Below are positions 1 through 9,483 of a stretch of DNA of 64,000 nt, piece after piece; position 1 is the stretch's first letter, and each line of letters starts with the position of its first letter. The notes beneath the pieces were generated by a model. That model saw only the letters and a list, made by a program, of their open reading frames with translations. It had not been told where the DNA came from and made no database searches. Where the stretch lies: assembly GCA_044440125.1 (NCBI GenBank), contig JBITAJ010000015.1, positions 32,001-96,000 on the forward strand, read 5' to 3'. The position numbers and the translations under genes were made by a program. The DNA comes from Sedimentisphaeraceae bacterium JB056 (GTDB lineage: Bacteria > Planctomycetota > Phycisphaerae > Sedimentisphaerales > Sedimentisphaeraceae).

Positions 1-1743
1 GAAGGCCAGAGCCTTGAACAGTTGGCGGGTAATATATACTATGCGATAAAAGATACTGACTTAACAGGTCGTTTGGGAGATTACGAAGTTGATGGCGGTT
101 CTATGACAAAAGAGCAAATGGCGGTTCGTTCTGCATGGCACTTTGCTCTGAATCTCATCGATTATCAATATGAAGATGCCGGTGAGGATGATTTGCCTTC
201 TTATGCCAGAGTTAATGACAAAACGTATTTTGGCTTTGAGGGTATTGATGCCTTGCTTGATGATACTTTGATTGTATCGGAGTACGCGTATTATAAAAAT
301 ACAAGTCCGGGTGATCTCAGCTATAATCCGGCTCTAAAACCAAATAGAGCATATTATATGCTCGAAATATATAATCCATCTCCAAATGCCAAGGAGATAA
401 CCCTGCTTAATGATTACAAAATAACAGTTATAAAGGAAGCGGGTACGGTTGAGAGAACTTTCTCTTTGTATAACGATATCTTCAGTGCAACAAATACATC
501 AATTCCGGCTGATGATACTATACTTATAGCGAGTGATCTTGGCGACAGTAACGATGCGTTTGGAATTGCGGCTGATTATGAAGACAGCTCACTGAAATTC
601 GCACAGACAGATATCGTCTTGGTTCATAAGCTTGACTGGCCTGTTACAATCGTTGGTGATGAAGTTGATATGCCTGTCGACAGGTGCAGTATAACATTGG
701 ATCTTGGAGATGTGGCAACTCTTGTAGGTGCCCAGAGACGTGATGAGTTTGTTGAGGACTCAGGCCTGCTTATGCCTGCCGAATCTGATCTTAGGTGGGA
801 ATCATATATAATTACGCCTAATACATTGGGTTCTCCTCCTGTAATACGAAATACTATCGATCTTGATCTCGAAATTGCCAATGATGATATCTTTAATATT
901 GGCGAGATAGAAAACGTGTTTGCTGTAGGTGCTTACAGCGATTCAGATGTAGTTAATGATATCCCGTTTATATCAGCTATTGAAAAATCTGCAAATAAAC
1001 TTGGAGACAGCTACCCACTTAAGAGTTGGGGCAGATTTGATATTACTGACAGTGATATTCAAGGGCTTTTCAATTACCTTACCGCTTTTAATCCATCGTT
1101 TGATGATTTGGATACGGACAATGACCTGTTGACTTCGGACAGACCTCTCAATGATTTAATTGATAATGACAGCGATGGTACAATTGATAATGCGGGTGAA
1201 GAAGAACCGCGTTATTACGAAACATTGGTTCATGGACGAATCAATATTAATACTGCTCCTCAGCAGGTGCTTGAGCAGCTCCCATGGGCAGCAACAGATA
1301 TTGACGCTTCGGAGCTTGCCGCATCAATTGTTGCGAGACGCGACGGACGCGAATTGTTTGATACTGACGGTAACTCAATTACTGATTATTCAGATAAGAG
1401 TAAAGGTTTTAAGAACATTGCACAGCTCATAGATGTCACGTATGACAGTGACACTAATTATGATATTCAGACTTATGTAAATGATGGAGTTGATCTTAAC
1501 GATTACCCTGATTTTACAGATGATGAACTGGTTGATGATTATGAAGAGAGAGATATTCTTTTCCAGAGAGTTAGCAATTGCATAACAACTGAAAGTGATA
1601 TTTTTACTGCTTATATACTTCTGCGTGCAGGTGCGGAAGGAGAGCAAAGCAGAGTTGCAGTCATCTATGATCGATCAAAAGTATATGAAGAAGGCGATAT
1701 GCCGAAAATTACTATCCAGCAAGCTTCTTTGCTCGGAAAATAA
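1..1743 (+). CDS. 5'-truncated large acidic protein with C-terminal helix-hairpin-helix (ComEA/GspK-like) region; probable T2SS/pilus-associated PilX/GspK-type protein
   Basis: Frame open from base 1 (gaa ggc cag...), so the TTG at 22 is not the true start. GRININTAPQQVLEQLP...ELAASIVARR...GFKNIAQL and TTESDIFTAYIL motifs; DxDND Ca-binding-like loops. Confidence 0.6.
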   Translation, partial: EGQSLEQLAGNIYYAIKDTDLTGRLGDYEVDGGSMTKEQMAVRSAWHFALNLIDYQYEDAGEDDLPSYARVNDKTYFGFEGIDALLDDTLIVSEYAYYKNTSPGDLSYNPALKPNRAYYMLEIYNPSPNAKEITLLNDYKITVIKEAGTVERTFSLYNDIFSATNTSIPADDTILIASDLGDSNDAFGIAADYEDSSLKFAQTDIVLVHKLDWPVTIVGDEVDMPVDRCSITLDLGDVATLVGAQRRDEFVEDSGLLMPAESDLRWESYIITPNTLGSPPVIRNTIDLDLEIANDDIFNIGEIENVFAVGAYSDSDVVNDIPFISAIEKSANKLGDSYPLKSWGRFDITDSDIQGLFNYLTAFNPSFDDLDTDNDLLTSDRPLNDLIDNDSDGTIDNAGEEEPRYYETLVHGRININTAPQQVLEQLPWAATDIDASELAASIVARRDGRELFDTDGNSITDYSDKSKGFKNIAQLIDVTYDSDTNYDIQTYVNDGVDLNDYPDFTDDELVDDYEERDILFQRVSNCITTESDIFTAYILLRAGAEGEQSRVAVIYDRSKVYEEGDMPKITIQQASLLGK

Positions 1744-1959
1744 TTGACTTTATATATATTTTTTTCAATCAAGTAACTGTTTTTTTGTATTGGAAGCAGA
1801 CCGTCTATATTTAATTGGATGACCTTGTTGGAGCATGAATTATTATGGTTGATATTGGTTGATTGTGTATAGTTAAGTTCTTTGTTGTGAATGTTTTAAG
1901 TTTATTGATGACAAAAAGGAGAATGTTGCGTATATTTAATAGGTTGGGAGATTATTCTT

Positions 1960-1987
1960 TTGACAATTTTAGCTTCATGCTTATAAT
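1960..1987 (+). promoter_or_regulatory. sigma70-type promoter of the kinase operon
   Basis: TTGACA (1960-1965), 16-nt spacer, TATAAT (1982-1987), about 50 nt before ATG 2040. Confidence 0.7.
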
Positions 1988-2039
1988 TTCGTCTTTTTTG
2001 CGGAAGTTTTAACTTTACCTATTAAAGCAGCATCCAGAT

Positions 2040-2855
2040 ATGCAGATACCCGGTTTTACAATACGTGAAAAGTTAGGAACAGGTGCAAGAAGCACTATTT
2101 ACAAGGCCAGCGACGACCAGACAGGGCAAATTGTTGCTCTCAAGCGGGTTGTTTTGGAACAAGCTGAAGATGCGCGCGTATTTGAGCAGATGGAAACTGA
2201 ACTTAAAGTTTCTAAAAACATCGATCATAAATTCATTCGCAAATGTTATAAGATAATCAGAAGACGAAAACTTCTTAAGACCAGTGAGATATTGATGACT
2301 ATGGAGATGGTTGAAGGTGTTTCTCTTGAACGCTCCAAGAGCTTGAGTCTTATAGATATAATGGTTGTTTTCAGAATGGTAACCGAGGGTCTCAATGCGA
2401 TGCATCAGGCAGGATATGTGCATTGCGATATGAAGCCAAATAACATTATGATTAATTTGCCTAAGGCTGAAGTTAAAATCATTGATCTTGGTCAAAGCTG
2501 CGAAATGGGTACTGTAAAGACTCGCATACAGGGAACACCTGATTATATAGCTCCCGAGCAGGTACGTAAGCAGCCCCTTACTCATCGAACTGATATCTTC
2601 AATCTTGGGGCAACATTTTACTGGGCGATGACTGGAAAGAATGTTCCGACATTGATACCTCAGAAGAATGAACTTGGCGCAATAGCGAAGGTGCCTCAGG
2701 CTCTACCGCCGGCTCAGATATATCGCAAGATACCTCTGGCTCTGTCAAATCTTGTAATGGAATGCGTACAGGATAATCCGGCAGAGAGACCGTCAAGTAT
2801 GGGAGATATTATTGCAAGGCTTGACGTGATAATCCACGATGTAATGGGGTATTAG
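2040..2855 (+). CDS. Hanks-type Ser/Thr protein kinase, cytoplasmic, kinase domain only
   Basis: LGTGARSTIY glycine loop, VALK, HCDMKPNN catalytic loop, DLG, GTPDYIAPEQ, DIFNLG. Confidence 0.93.
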   Translation: MQIPGFTIREKLGTGARSTIYKASDDQTGQIVALKRVVLEQAEDARVFEQMETELKVSKNIDHKFIRKCYKIIRRRKLLKTSEILMTMEMVEGVSLERSKSLSLIDIMVVFRMVTEGLNAMHQAGYVHCDMKPNNIMINLPKAEVKIIDLGQSCEMGTVKTRIQGTPDYIAPEQVRKQPLTHRTDIFNLGATFYWAMTGKNVPTLIPQKNELGAIAKVPQALPPAQIYRKIPLALSNLVMECVQDNPAERPSSMGDIIARLDVIIHDVMGY

Positions 2856-2856
2856 A

Positions 2857-3705
2857 ATGGCAGAGCAGGCTATTGAAGTTTTCAAAAAAGTTGCTGCTCT
2901 TAATAAGGCAGACAAATGCCGTGAGGGGAATGTAATTAAATTGCCTGCTGAGGGCAGGCTTATAGTTACAGGTGATTTGCATGGTAATATATGGGGCTTT
3001 GAGCAGGTTGTTAAATATGCAGACCTTGCCAATAATCCTGACACTCATATTATATTTCAGGAAATAATACACGGCGGCCCGCAAGACTGCGAAGGCGGCT
3101 GTTTGTCATTTAAACTGCTTATCAAAATAGCATCACTCAAGGTAGAATTTCCTGATAATGTCCATATTATTATGGGCAACCACGATCTTTCGGCGATAAA
3201 GGATACAGAGGTTCTCAGAGGCGGCAAAGAGATGACCGGTTCTTTTAATTCCGGCATCAGACGCTGTTTTGGTGATAGGTATGAAATGGTTCTGTTGGCA
3301 ATGAGACAGATGCTTTTTTCACAGCCTCTCGCTGTTAAAACCCATAACGGCATTTTTATTTCTCATTCTCTTCCTGCTGACAGGTTCGCTGATGTTTTCG
3401 AACCGGAGGTTCTTGAAAGAGATTTGAAGATAACTGATATAAATCGTCCCAACTCCGCTTATCTGCTTCTATGGGGCAGAGATCAGAGTCCGCAGTTGTT
3501 AGAGGATCTTTCGGATATGCTTGATGCAAGATTGTTTGTGGTAGGACATCAAAAGCAAGATGATGGGTTTAAGAAAGTAGAACCTAATATGCTTATACTT
3601 GCATGCGATCATAATAATGGTTGTATAGCTGAGATAGATCTTGCAACCGAGTATGATCTTGACAGCCTATGCAATCAGGTTAAGAAGCTTTACGATCTTG
3701 GCTGA
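2857..3705 (+). CDS. metallophosphoesterase (calcineurin-like/PPP-like phosphatase)
   Basis: GDLHG, GNHD, SH, LLWGR and GHQ motifs; starts 1 nt after the kinase stop. Confidence 0.85.
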   Translation: MAEQAIEVFKKVAALNKADKCREGNVIKLPAEGRLIVTGDLHGNIWGFEQVVKYADLANNPDTHIIFQEIIHGGPQDCEGGCLSFKLLIKIASLKVEFPDNVHIIMGNHDLSAIKDTEVLRGGKEMTGSFNSGIRRCFGDRYEMVLLAMRQMLFSQPLAVKTHNGIFISHSLPADRFADVFEPEVLERDLKITDINRPNSAYLLLWGRDQSPQLLEDLSDMLDARLFVVGHQKQDDGFKKVEPNMLILACDHNNGCIAEIDLATEYDLDSLCNQVKKLYDLG

Positions 3706-3716
3706 CGGTATATCTT

Positions 3717-4928
3717 ATGAGTATTGAAGCGGTTTATATAATAACAACACTTCTTGTAAGCAGTCAAATATTGTTTATGTTTTTCGTAATCAAAAATGCG
3801 AGATTTGTAATCAAGAAATCTGCTGAGAAACGTGATTCGTTTGTTCCCAAAACACTTCTTACTGTACCGTGCAAGGGTCTTGATACTGGTTTTGAAGATA
3901 ATATAAAATCATTTTTTGTGATTGATTATGCTGACTATTATTTGAATTTTGTTGTAGAGAGCAAGGATGATGACGCTTATGACGTTTTGCTCCAAATGAA
4001 AGAAGAGTATGCTTCAAGGACAAAGGCCAGGGAAGTCAATATTCTAATAGCCGGCGTTGCTGAGAAGGGGAGTCAGAAAAATCATAATTTGCTTCATTCA
4101 ATCTCTGTAAGCGGCGGTGATAAAGAAGTATTCGCATTTGCCGATTCGGATGCCAGGCCGCGTGTAGACTGGCTTAGTCATCTTGTTTATCCTCTCAATA
4201 GACACAAAACGGGAGCATCAAGCGGCTATAGATGGATAGTTCCGGCAAAGCATAATTTTGCTACCTTGCTTCTTTCCAGTGCTAATTCCAAGGTTGCACA
4301 GTTTCTTGGGAAGAGTATATTCAATCAGGCATGGGGCGGTTCCATGGCTATAAAAAGGGAGATGTTTTATCAACTGCACATTGATAAGTTGTGGGATACG
4401 TGCATCAGTGATGATCTCTCTTTGACTTATGCTGTTAACAATGCCGGTTACAGGTTGCGTTTTTCTCCAGGCTGTCTTGTTGCTACATATGAGCAGACAA
4501 CTATGTCTGGATTATTTGAGTTTGCCAGACGTCAGTTTCTGATAACGAGAAAGTCGGCTTTTGGTATATGGTTTATCGGCTTGTTCTCAAATATCTATTC
4601 CGTTATTGGAATTTGGGTAAGCCTTATTATGGCTTTTTACTTTCTGAATAGCAGGCCGAATTTTGCGTTGCCGCTTTTCATTACTTCCGGAGTGTTTATT
4701 GTCTGTCAGCTTATAAGGGTTTTTATAAGGCAGCATATTGCAAGCAGTATTCTTGTTTCACATGAGAAGCAGCTTAAAAAAGCCGCTGTTTTTGATTATA
4801 TGACTTCTGCGGTAGGCTCGATTTTTATGCTTATTTTCATAATAAGCTCGGCCTTCGGATCTAAGATAGTCTGGAGAGGCACAAAGTATAAGATTGTCAG
4901 TGCAACCAAGACAGAACGAATCGATTGA
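3717..4928 (+). CDS. membrane glycosyltransferase, GT2/GT21 (ceramide glucosyltransferase/HpnI-like)
   Basis: N-terminal TM, VPCKG, KNHNL, FADSD, WGGSMA, SDD, RRQ, C-terminal TMs and IVWRG. Confidence 0.85.
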   Translation: MSIEAVYIITTLLVSSQILFMFFVIKNARFVIKKSAEKRDSFVPKTLLTVPCKGLDTGFEDNIKSFFVIDYADYYLNFVVESKDDDAYDVLLQMKEEYASRTKAREVNILIAGVAEKGSQKNHNLLHSISVSGGDKEVFAFADSDARPRVDWLSHLVYPLNRHKTGASSGYRWIVPAKHNFATLLLSSANSKVAQFLGKSIFNQAWGGSMAIKREMFYQLHIDKLWDTCISDDLSLTYAVNNAGYRLRFSPGCLVATYEQTTMSGLFEFARRQFLITRKSAFGIWFIGLFSNIYSVIGIWVSLIMAFYFLNSRPNFALPLFITSGVFIVCQLIRVFIRQHIASSILVSHEKQLKKAAVFDYMTSAVGSIFMLIFIISSAFGSKIVWRGTKYKIVSATKTERID

Positions 4929-4937
4929 TTCGTTAAT

Positions 4938-5008
4938 CAGCAGGCAGTAAGCAGATCGCAGAAACTGTCAAAATTGACTGCTTGCCACTCACTGCTTACT
5001 GCTCACTG
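4938..5008. terminator. inverted array of short repeats between convergent genes, likely bidirectional terminator
   Basis: gcagtaagcag ... ctgcttactgc inverted repeat embedded in ~7-nt tandem units. Confidence 0.5.
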
Positions 5009-5018
5009 TTTTATTGCA

Positions 5019-6128
5019 TTACTTTATCTCGTCATTAATATAACCGAGAAGCTCTTTCAGGTCATCCATATTTATATCACCCATATGAGCGATACGGAAT
5101 GTTTCCTGTTTGAGTTTACCGTATCCGTTGCCGAATGCGATATTATATTTATCCTTGATAGCATTGATCACAGTTGCCACGTCTATGCCGCGGGTGTTCT
5201 TTACGGTTGTAAGAGTATTTGAAGCATACTTCTCTTCTTCAGCAAAGAGGCCGAAGTTCTCTTTTGCCCAGCCGCGAACATATTCTGCCATTGCCTTATG
5301 CCTTGCACATACATTATCCATGCCTTCCTCTACAAGCTTCTTGCACTGGAAGTTGAGAGCCATTATCTGGGGAATAGCAGGGGTTGTAGGTGTCTGGTTC
5401 TTTTCCGCTGTCTTTGCGTACTGCATCAGATCGAAGTAGTAGCCGCGGTTAGGTACCTGCGGGCACTTCTCCATTGCACGATTGCTTACAGCGAAGATAG
5501 CAAGTCCTGGCGGGATAGCGAATGCTTTCTGAACTGATGCGAAAGCCATATCCCATCCGAGCTTATCAAACTCGAGCGGAAGGCCTGACATTGCACTTAC
5601 GCAGTCAACGAATACCAGAACATCCGGGTATTTTGCTTTAAGCATTTCTGATATTTCGTAAACAGGATTGGTAACGCCGGTGCTTGTTTCGTTGTATACG
5701 AATGTTACAGCAGCATAGTTGCCTTCAGAAAGCTTCTGGTCGATTATTTCAGCAGTGAATGCCTTGCCCCAGTCGATCTTGAAATCCTCTACCTGCTTGC
5801 CGCATGCTTTGGCAACTGAAGAGAACTTGTCGCTGAAAGCTCCACAGCCGCAGCAAAGAACTTTCTCATCGTCTTTTACAAGACTTCTCATTGATGCTTC
5901 CCAGCCGCCTGAGCCGCTCGATGTTACGAGGAATACGTTCTGTTCGGTGCTGAGTACTGTCTTGAGCATATCAACAGTCTCGCCGTGAAGAACGGAGTAC
6001 TCTTTGGCTCTATGGCCTAAAGTATAACGCGAAAGTTGCTCATATACCTCCGGTACCACGTGTACAGGGCCGGGGATAAACAGTTTTGGAGGATTTTTCC
6101 AGTCTGTCATAAACTTAATCTCCTGCAT
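5019..6128 (-). CDS. PLP-dependent class V aminotransferase (serine-pyruvate/alanine-glyoxylate or SerC-like)
   Basis: LFIPGP, NETSTG, VDCVSA, SVQKAFAIPPGL (PLP lysine), TPTTP, FRIAHMG. Confidence 0.9.
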   Translation of the reverse strand: MQEIKFMTDWKNPPKLFIPGPVHVVPEVYEQLSRYTLGHRAKEYSVLHGETVDMLKTVLSTEQNVFLVTSSGSGGWEASMRSLVKDDEKVLCCGCGAFSDKFSSVAKACGKQVEDFKIDWGKAFTAEIIDQKLSEGNYAAVTFVYNETSTGVTNPVYEISEMLKAKYPDVLVFVDCVSAMSGLPLEFDKLGWDMAFASVQKAFAIPPGLAIFAVSNRAMEKCPQVPNRGYYFDLMQYAKTAEKNQTPTTPAIPQIMALNFQCKKLVEEGMDNVCARHKAMAEYVRGWAKENFGLFAEEEKYASNTLTTVKNTRGIDVATVINAIKDKYNIAFGNGYGKLKQETFRIAHMGDINMDDLKELLGYINDEIK

Positions 6129-6202
6129 TAAATGCGTTTTTATATTATAGTTTTAAGTGACTGCTGTCTATGTACCTCTACATTTGGCAGCATGTTTCTA
6201 AT

Positions 6203-7510
6203 TTAATACTTATTAATCGTGAAACCTGTGAATATCTTCGGATAGAAGAACGTAGATTTCTGCGGCATCTTTTCACCCGCATCGGCTACGGCCTTGACCT
6301 GCTCAACCGGTGTTGGGTTCATAAAGAACACAACCTGACTCTTTCCGCTGTCAACGCTTGCTATCGAACGGTCTATCGCATCACCAATGTCCTTGATGTA
6401 TTTCAGGTTGCTCTGGCTTGCGAGCTGTTTGTCGCCTATGCCGAGAATGCCGTCAAGTATCAGTCTGTGAAGTACCCATACATCAAGTCTTTGTGAGGCT
6501 TCGCTGAGTTCCGGAGCCGCATTTTTGATTGAGTCAGTGCTTTTAAGTTTGACTTTATAGAAAGAGTCATCATTACCGTAAACACCAAATGAGTTGAGAC
6601 CGGCATCATAATCAGCGAGCAAGTCTTTGAACATTTCATCTTTTGCTTTTTGCTTGTCGCCGTCAGCAAAACTGTATTCGATTATTTCGAACATCTGTCC
6701 CATGGCTGTGATCAGAAGGCCCATATCGAAACCTTCCAGATTGCTTACAAGCCTGTGTGTTGGAAGAACTACCAGACCTTCGTTGTGCATATTGACAAAT
6801 GTCATCATGCAATACTCAGCAGATGGCTTCTTTGTTTCGTTGTAGTAGTTCAGGGCTGTTTCATATCTGTGGTGGCCGTCAGCAATAACGGGTGCTTTGT
6901 CGGCCATCATGTCGATAATAGCCTGCTTCTTCGCATCGTCTGTTATCGCGTAGATTTTGTGAGTTACATTTTCTTCATCAAGAAGACTTATAAGCGGCTC
7001 ACCCTGGGCGGCTTCTGCTATGATAGCATCGGCAACAGTTTGGGGATCATCATAGAGCATGAATATCTGGCCGAACTGGGCACCTGTTGCACGTGTAAGA
7101 TTGAGCCTGTCGGCTTTGGGGCCGTCGAGAGTCTTTTCATGCGGCTGAACACCTTCGCCGAAAGCGGCAAGCCTGCCAAGAGCGATGAATCCGCTTCTTG
7201 TGAAATCACGGCCGGCGGCTGAGAAGTTCTGAACGTATGCGTAGATTGTTTCTTCGGCATCTTCTTTTATCGCGTTTTTTGCGATCCAGTCGTTGAGGTA
7301 ATTGGCGGCACGCGAGTAAACGTTGTCTTGCTCGTTGTCTGTGTCGAACTTTTTGCCCTTGATTAGTCGGGCGATATTGTAGTCGTTCTTTTCGTAAAGA
7401 GCCTGCTGACCCTCAGCATCAATCACATCATATGGAGGAGCGATGCAGTCGGCACTGCTGCCTACCACCGAATCATCAAATCTGTATGCCTTAAAAGCTT
7501 TAATCTTCAT
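6203..7510 (-). CDS. DUF1015 family protein
   Basis: APPYDVI, PHEKTL...KADRL, IADGHHRYETA, LPTHR and MPQKSTFFYPK signatures. Confidence 0.88.
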   Translation of the reverse strand: MKIKAFKAYRFDDSVVGSSADCIAPPYDVIDAEGQQALYEKNDYNIARLIKGKKFDTDNEQDNVYSRAANYLNDWIAKNAIKEDAEETIYAYVQNFSAAGRDFTRSGFIALGRLAAFGEGVQPHEKTLDGPKADRLNLTRATGAQFGQIFMLYDDPQTVADAIIAEAAQGEPLISLLDEENVTHKIYAITDDAKKQAIIDMMADKAPVIADGHHRYETALNYYNETKKPSAEYCMMTFVNMHNEGLVVLPTHRLVSNLEGFDMGLLITAMGQMFEIIEYSFADGDKQKAKDEMFKDLLADYDAGLNSFGVYGNDDSFYKVKLKSTDSIKNAAPELSEASQRLDVWVLHRLILDGILGIGDKQLASQSNLKYIKDIGDAIDRSIASVDSGKSQVVFFMNPTPVEQVKAVADAGEKMPQKSTFFYPKIFTGFTINKY

Positions 7511-8149
7511 AATGTCTCTTATATCTTTTTAGTTTAGGCTAAAGTTGAAAGAAGGCAACTTACGCTGTTGCCGGACTTTAGCTTATTCTACGAACTTATT
7601 GTTTTACACTAACACTGAAAAAGTGCAATTTTATCACAAAAACCCTGCTGTTCAATAAAAAATTGCATTATTTGTTCTATGTTTTGCGGATTCTTTCATC
7701 GTGCTTTTTAAAGCTGTCAGCAATTAGCGATTAGCAATCAGCTAAAAGCTGTTAACCCGCGACTTCAGCGGTAAATTGAAAGTTTGAAAAGTTAGAAGAG
7801 TTGGAAAGTGCTGTAATATACCTATAGCCTTTAGTTTGCACTTAATATTTACGCTTAAATCAAATAAATTTATTGAAATAAAAGGTAGGGAAGTTAAAAT
7901 CAGATCAAGCGTTGTGTGTAATTGATTGTTATTTGTTTTTAAGCTCAAATGCGAGCAGTTGGAATGTTAAATCACTAACACGTATATGCCTCTGGAGAAG
8001 AGGCAAAGCGTAAGCATTAAATGGTCTTATGTTATCTCAACCGATGATATCTCTACAATAGAAGGCCTTCCTCCTATTCCGGGTATCATTATAAGTGAAG
8101 TTGACGGCATACAGAGTTAAGTGTTAGTGATAAATAACGGAAAAGGAGA

Positions 8150-9397
8150 TTGCAGGAAATGAAGAATGTTGGCAAGTTTGTTGTTTTAGGCGTTTTCTTT
8201 TTCTTTATGTGGTCGTGGGTTTTTGGGGATGACGATGTTCAGAATGATAGGGAGGCTGAGCGTCAGCGGCGGATCACGGCGGCTAAGATGCGTAGATTGG
8301 CTAAGAAATGGGCACTGGCAAAAGCTGAGGGGGATATTGACAGTTTTGACAAGATAATCGGCCCGCCGCGAGCGTCTTACCGGATATCGATGGATTACCA
8401 GGGTGAGCATAACGATCTGGTCGTCTATTTCTATGACGAGCTACCTGAATCAATGAAGGACTGGCCGCAATATCTTAACGAGCCGCTGCGGGGTATGGTA
8501 GTATTCACCGCTGCCGATAAGGAAAGGCTCATTAGGGAAGCTATCGAGCAGCGCGATGAAACGGTGGCGAGGTTAGTCGGGACAGGTAAATTCAGGCTTA
8601 AAGATACCTCCGATGGGTTGAGATGGATGGAAACGATTAACGGAGTTGGTGTGTTCAGGCAAGGCGTAGAAAAAAATGCCAACGGTCTATATGATATTTA
8701 TCTGCTTGATGATCAAGGCTGCATTTGCACTAAAACCAATAAAGAATATCTCAAGACTGCTACTGGCAAGCGTGTTGTAGAGCATACGCAGAAGGTAAGA
8801 CATCCGGCAGAGTTAAAGATAAATATGGCTTACAAGAGCTGCGAGAAGAAGATCGAACGCATTAAATCCGGCAGAGAGTCGGCAGAGCTGAGATTTACAA
8901 AATACAATGAACCCGACTGGAACACATGCAGGCTCCTTGATTACCGGCCGTTGAGACTCGAACGCAAAGATGAATATGCCACCATAGGGCTTTGGTGGAA
9001 ATTAGAAAAAGGTTTTTCGGAAAGGAAGGTTAGGGATGTTCTTGGCGAACCTGCGTTCGAGCAGATAAATTCGGAGTTCAGCTTATATTTTTATTGCGAT
9101 AAAAAGGATATTGACCTGAGCGATGCCCCGAAATTACCTAAATATACGGGGATGCTCTTTTTTGAAAGGGACGCCGAGCAAGAGCTTGTTTTATTTGGTT
9201 GGATAGAGCCGGACTGGTGCCGCATTTATGCTGAAGAGTTTGAAGAGGCCGCAGATGATTCAGAGCCTGAATTTATCAAACCCGAAAGCATTAAACCGGA
9301 GGATTTTATGAAATCAAACGAGCCGCAGCCGACCATCGCTTGGGTACGTTCAGGACAGGATGCTACTCTAACCACAGGATGGACTGGTATTCACTGA
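8150..9397 (+). CDS. hypothetical exported or membrane-anchored protein
   Basis: 415-aa ORF with GGAG RBS and N-terminal hydrophobic segment; KGFSERKVRDVLGEP resembles a SmpA/BamE-type motif. Start may be ATG 8159. Confidence 0.6.
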   Translation: MQEMKNVGKFVVLGVFFFFMWSWVFGDDDVQNDREAERQRRITAAKMRRLAKKWALAKAEGDIDSFDKIIGPPRASYRISMDYQGEHNDLVVYFYDELPESMKDWPQYLNEPLRGMVVFTAADKERLIREAIEQRDETVARLVGTGKFRLKDTSDGLRWMETINGVGVFRQGVEKNANGLYDIYLLDDQGCICTKTNKEYLKTATGKRVVEHTQKVRHPAELKINMAYKSCEKKIERIKSGRESAELRFTKYNEPDWNTCRLLDYRPLRLERKDEYATIGLWWKLEKGFSERKVRDVLGEPAFEQINSEFSLYFYCDKKDIDLSDAPKLPKYTGMLFFERDAEQELVLFGWIEPDWCRIYAEEFEEAADDSEPEFIKPESIKPEDFMKSNEPQPTIAWVRSGQDATLTTGWTGIH

Positions 9398-9425
9398 ATT
9401 TGAAATTTCAGTTGTCAGGAAATGA

Positions 9426-9461
9426 AAAAGGGCGGCAGTTTTTATTTGCTGTCGCCCTTTT
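9426..9461. terminator. bidirectional rho-independent terminator
   Basis: aaaagggcggcag-loop-ctgtcgccctttt between convergent genes. Confidence 0.75.
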
Positions 9462-9483
9462 GGTTTTGAATTCTTATGTGTTG

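Noticed and set aside
2853..2859. Kinase and phosphatase as one frameshifted gene
   Set aside because: Kinase domain is complete before TAG and the phosphatase has its own ATG; translational coupling is simpler
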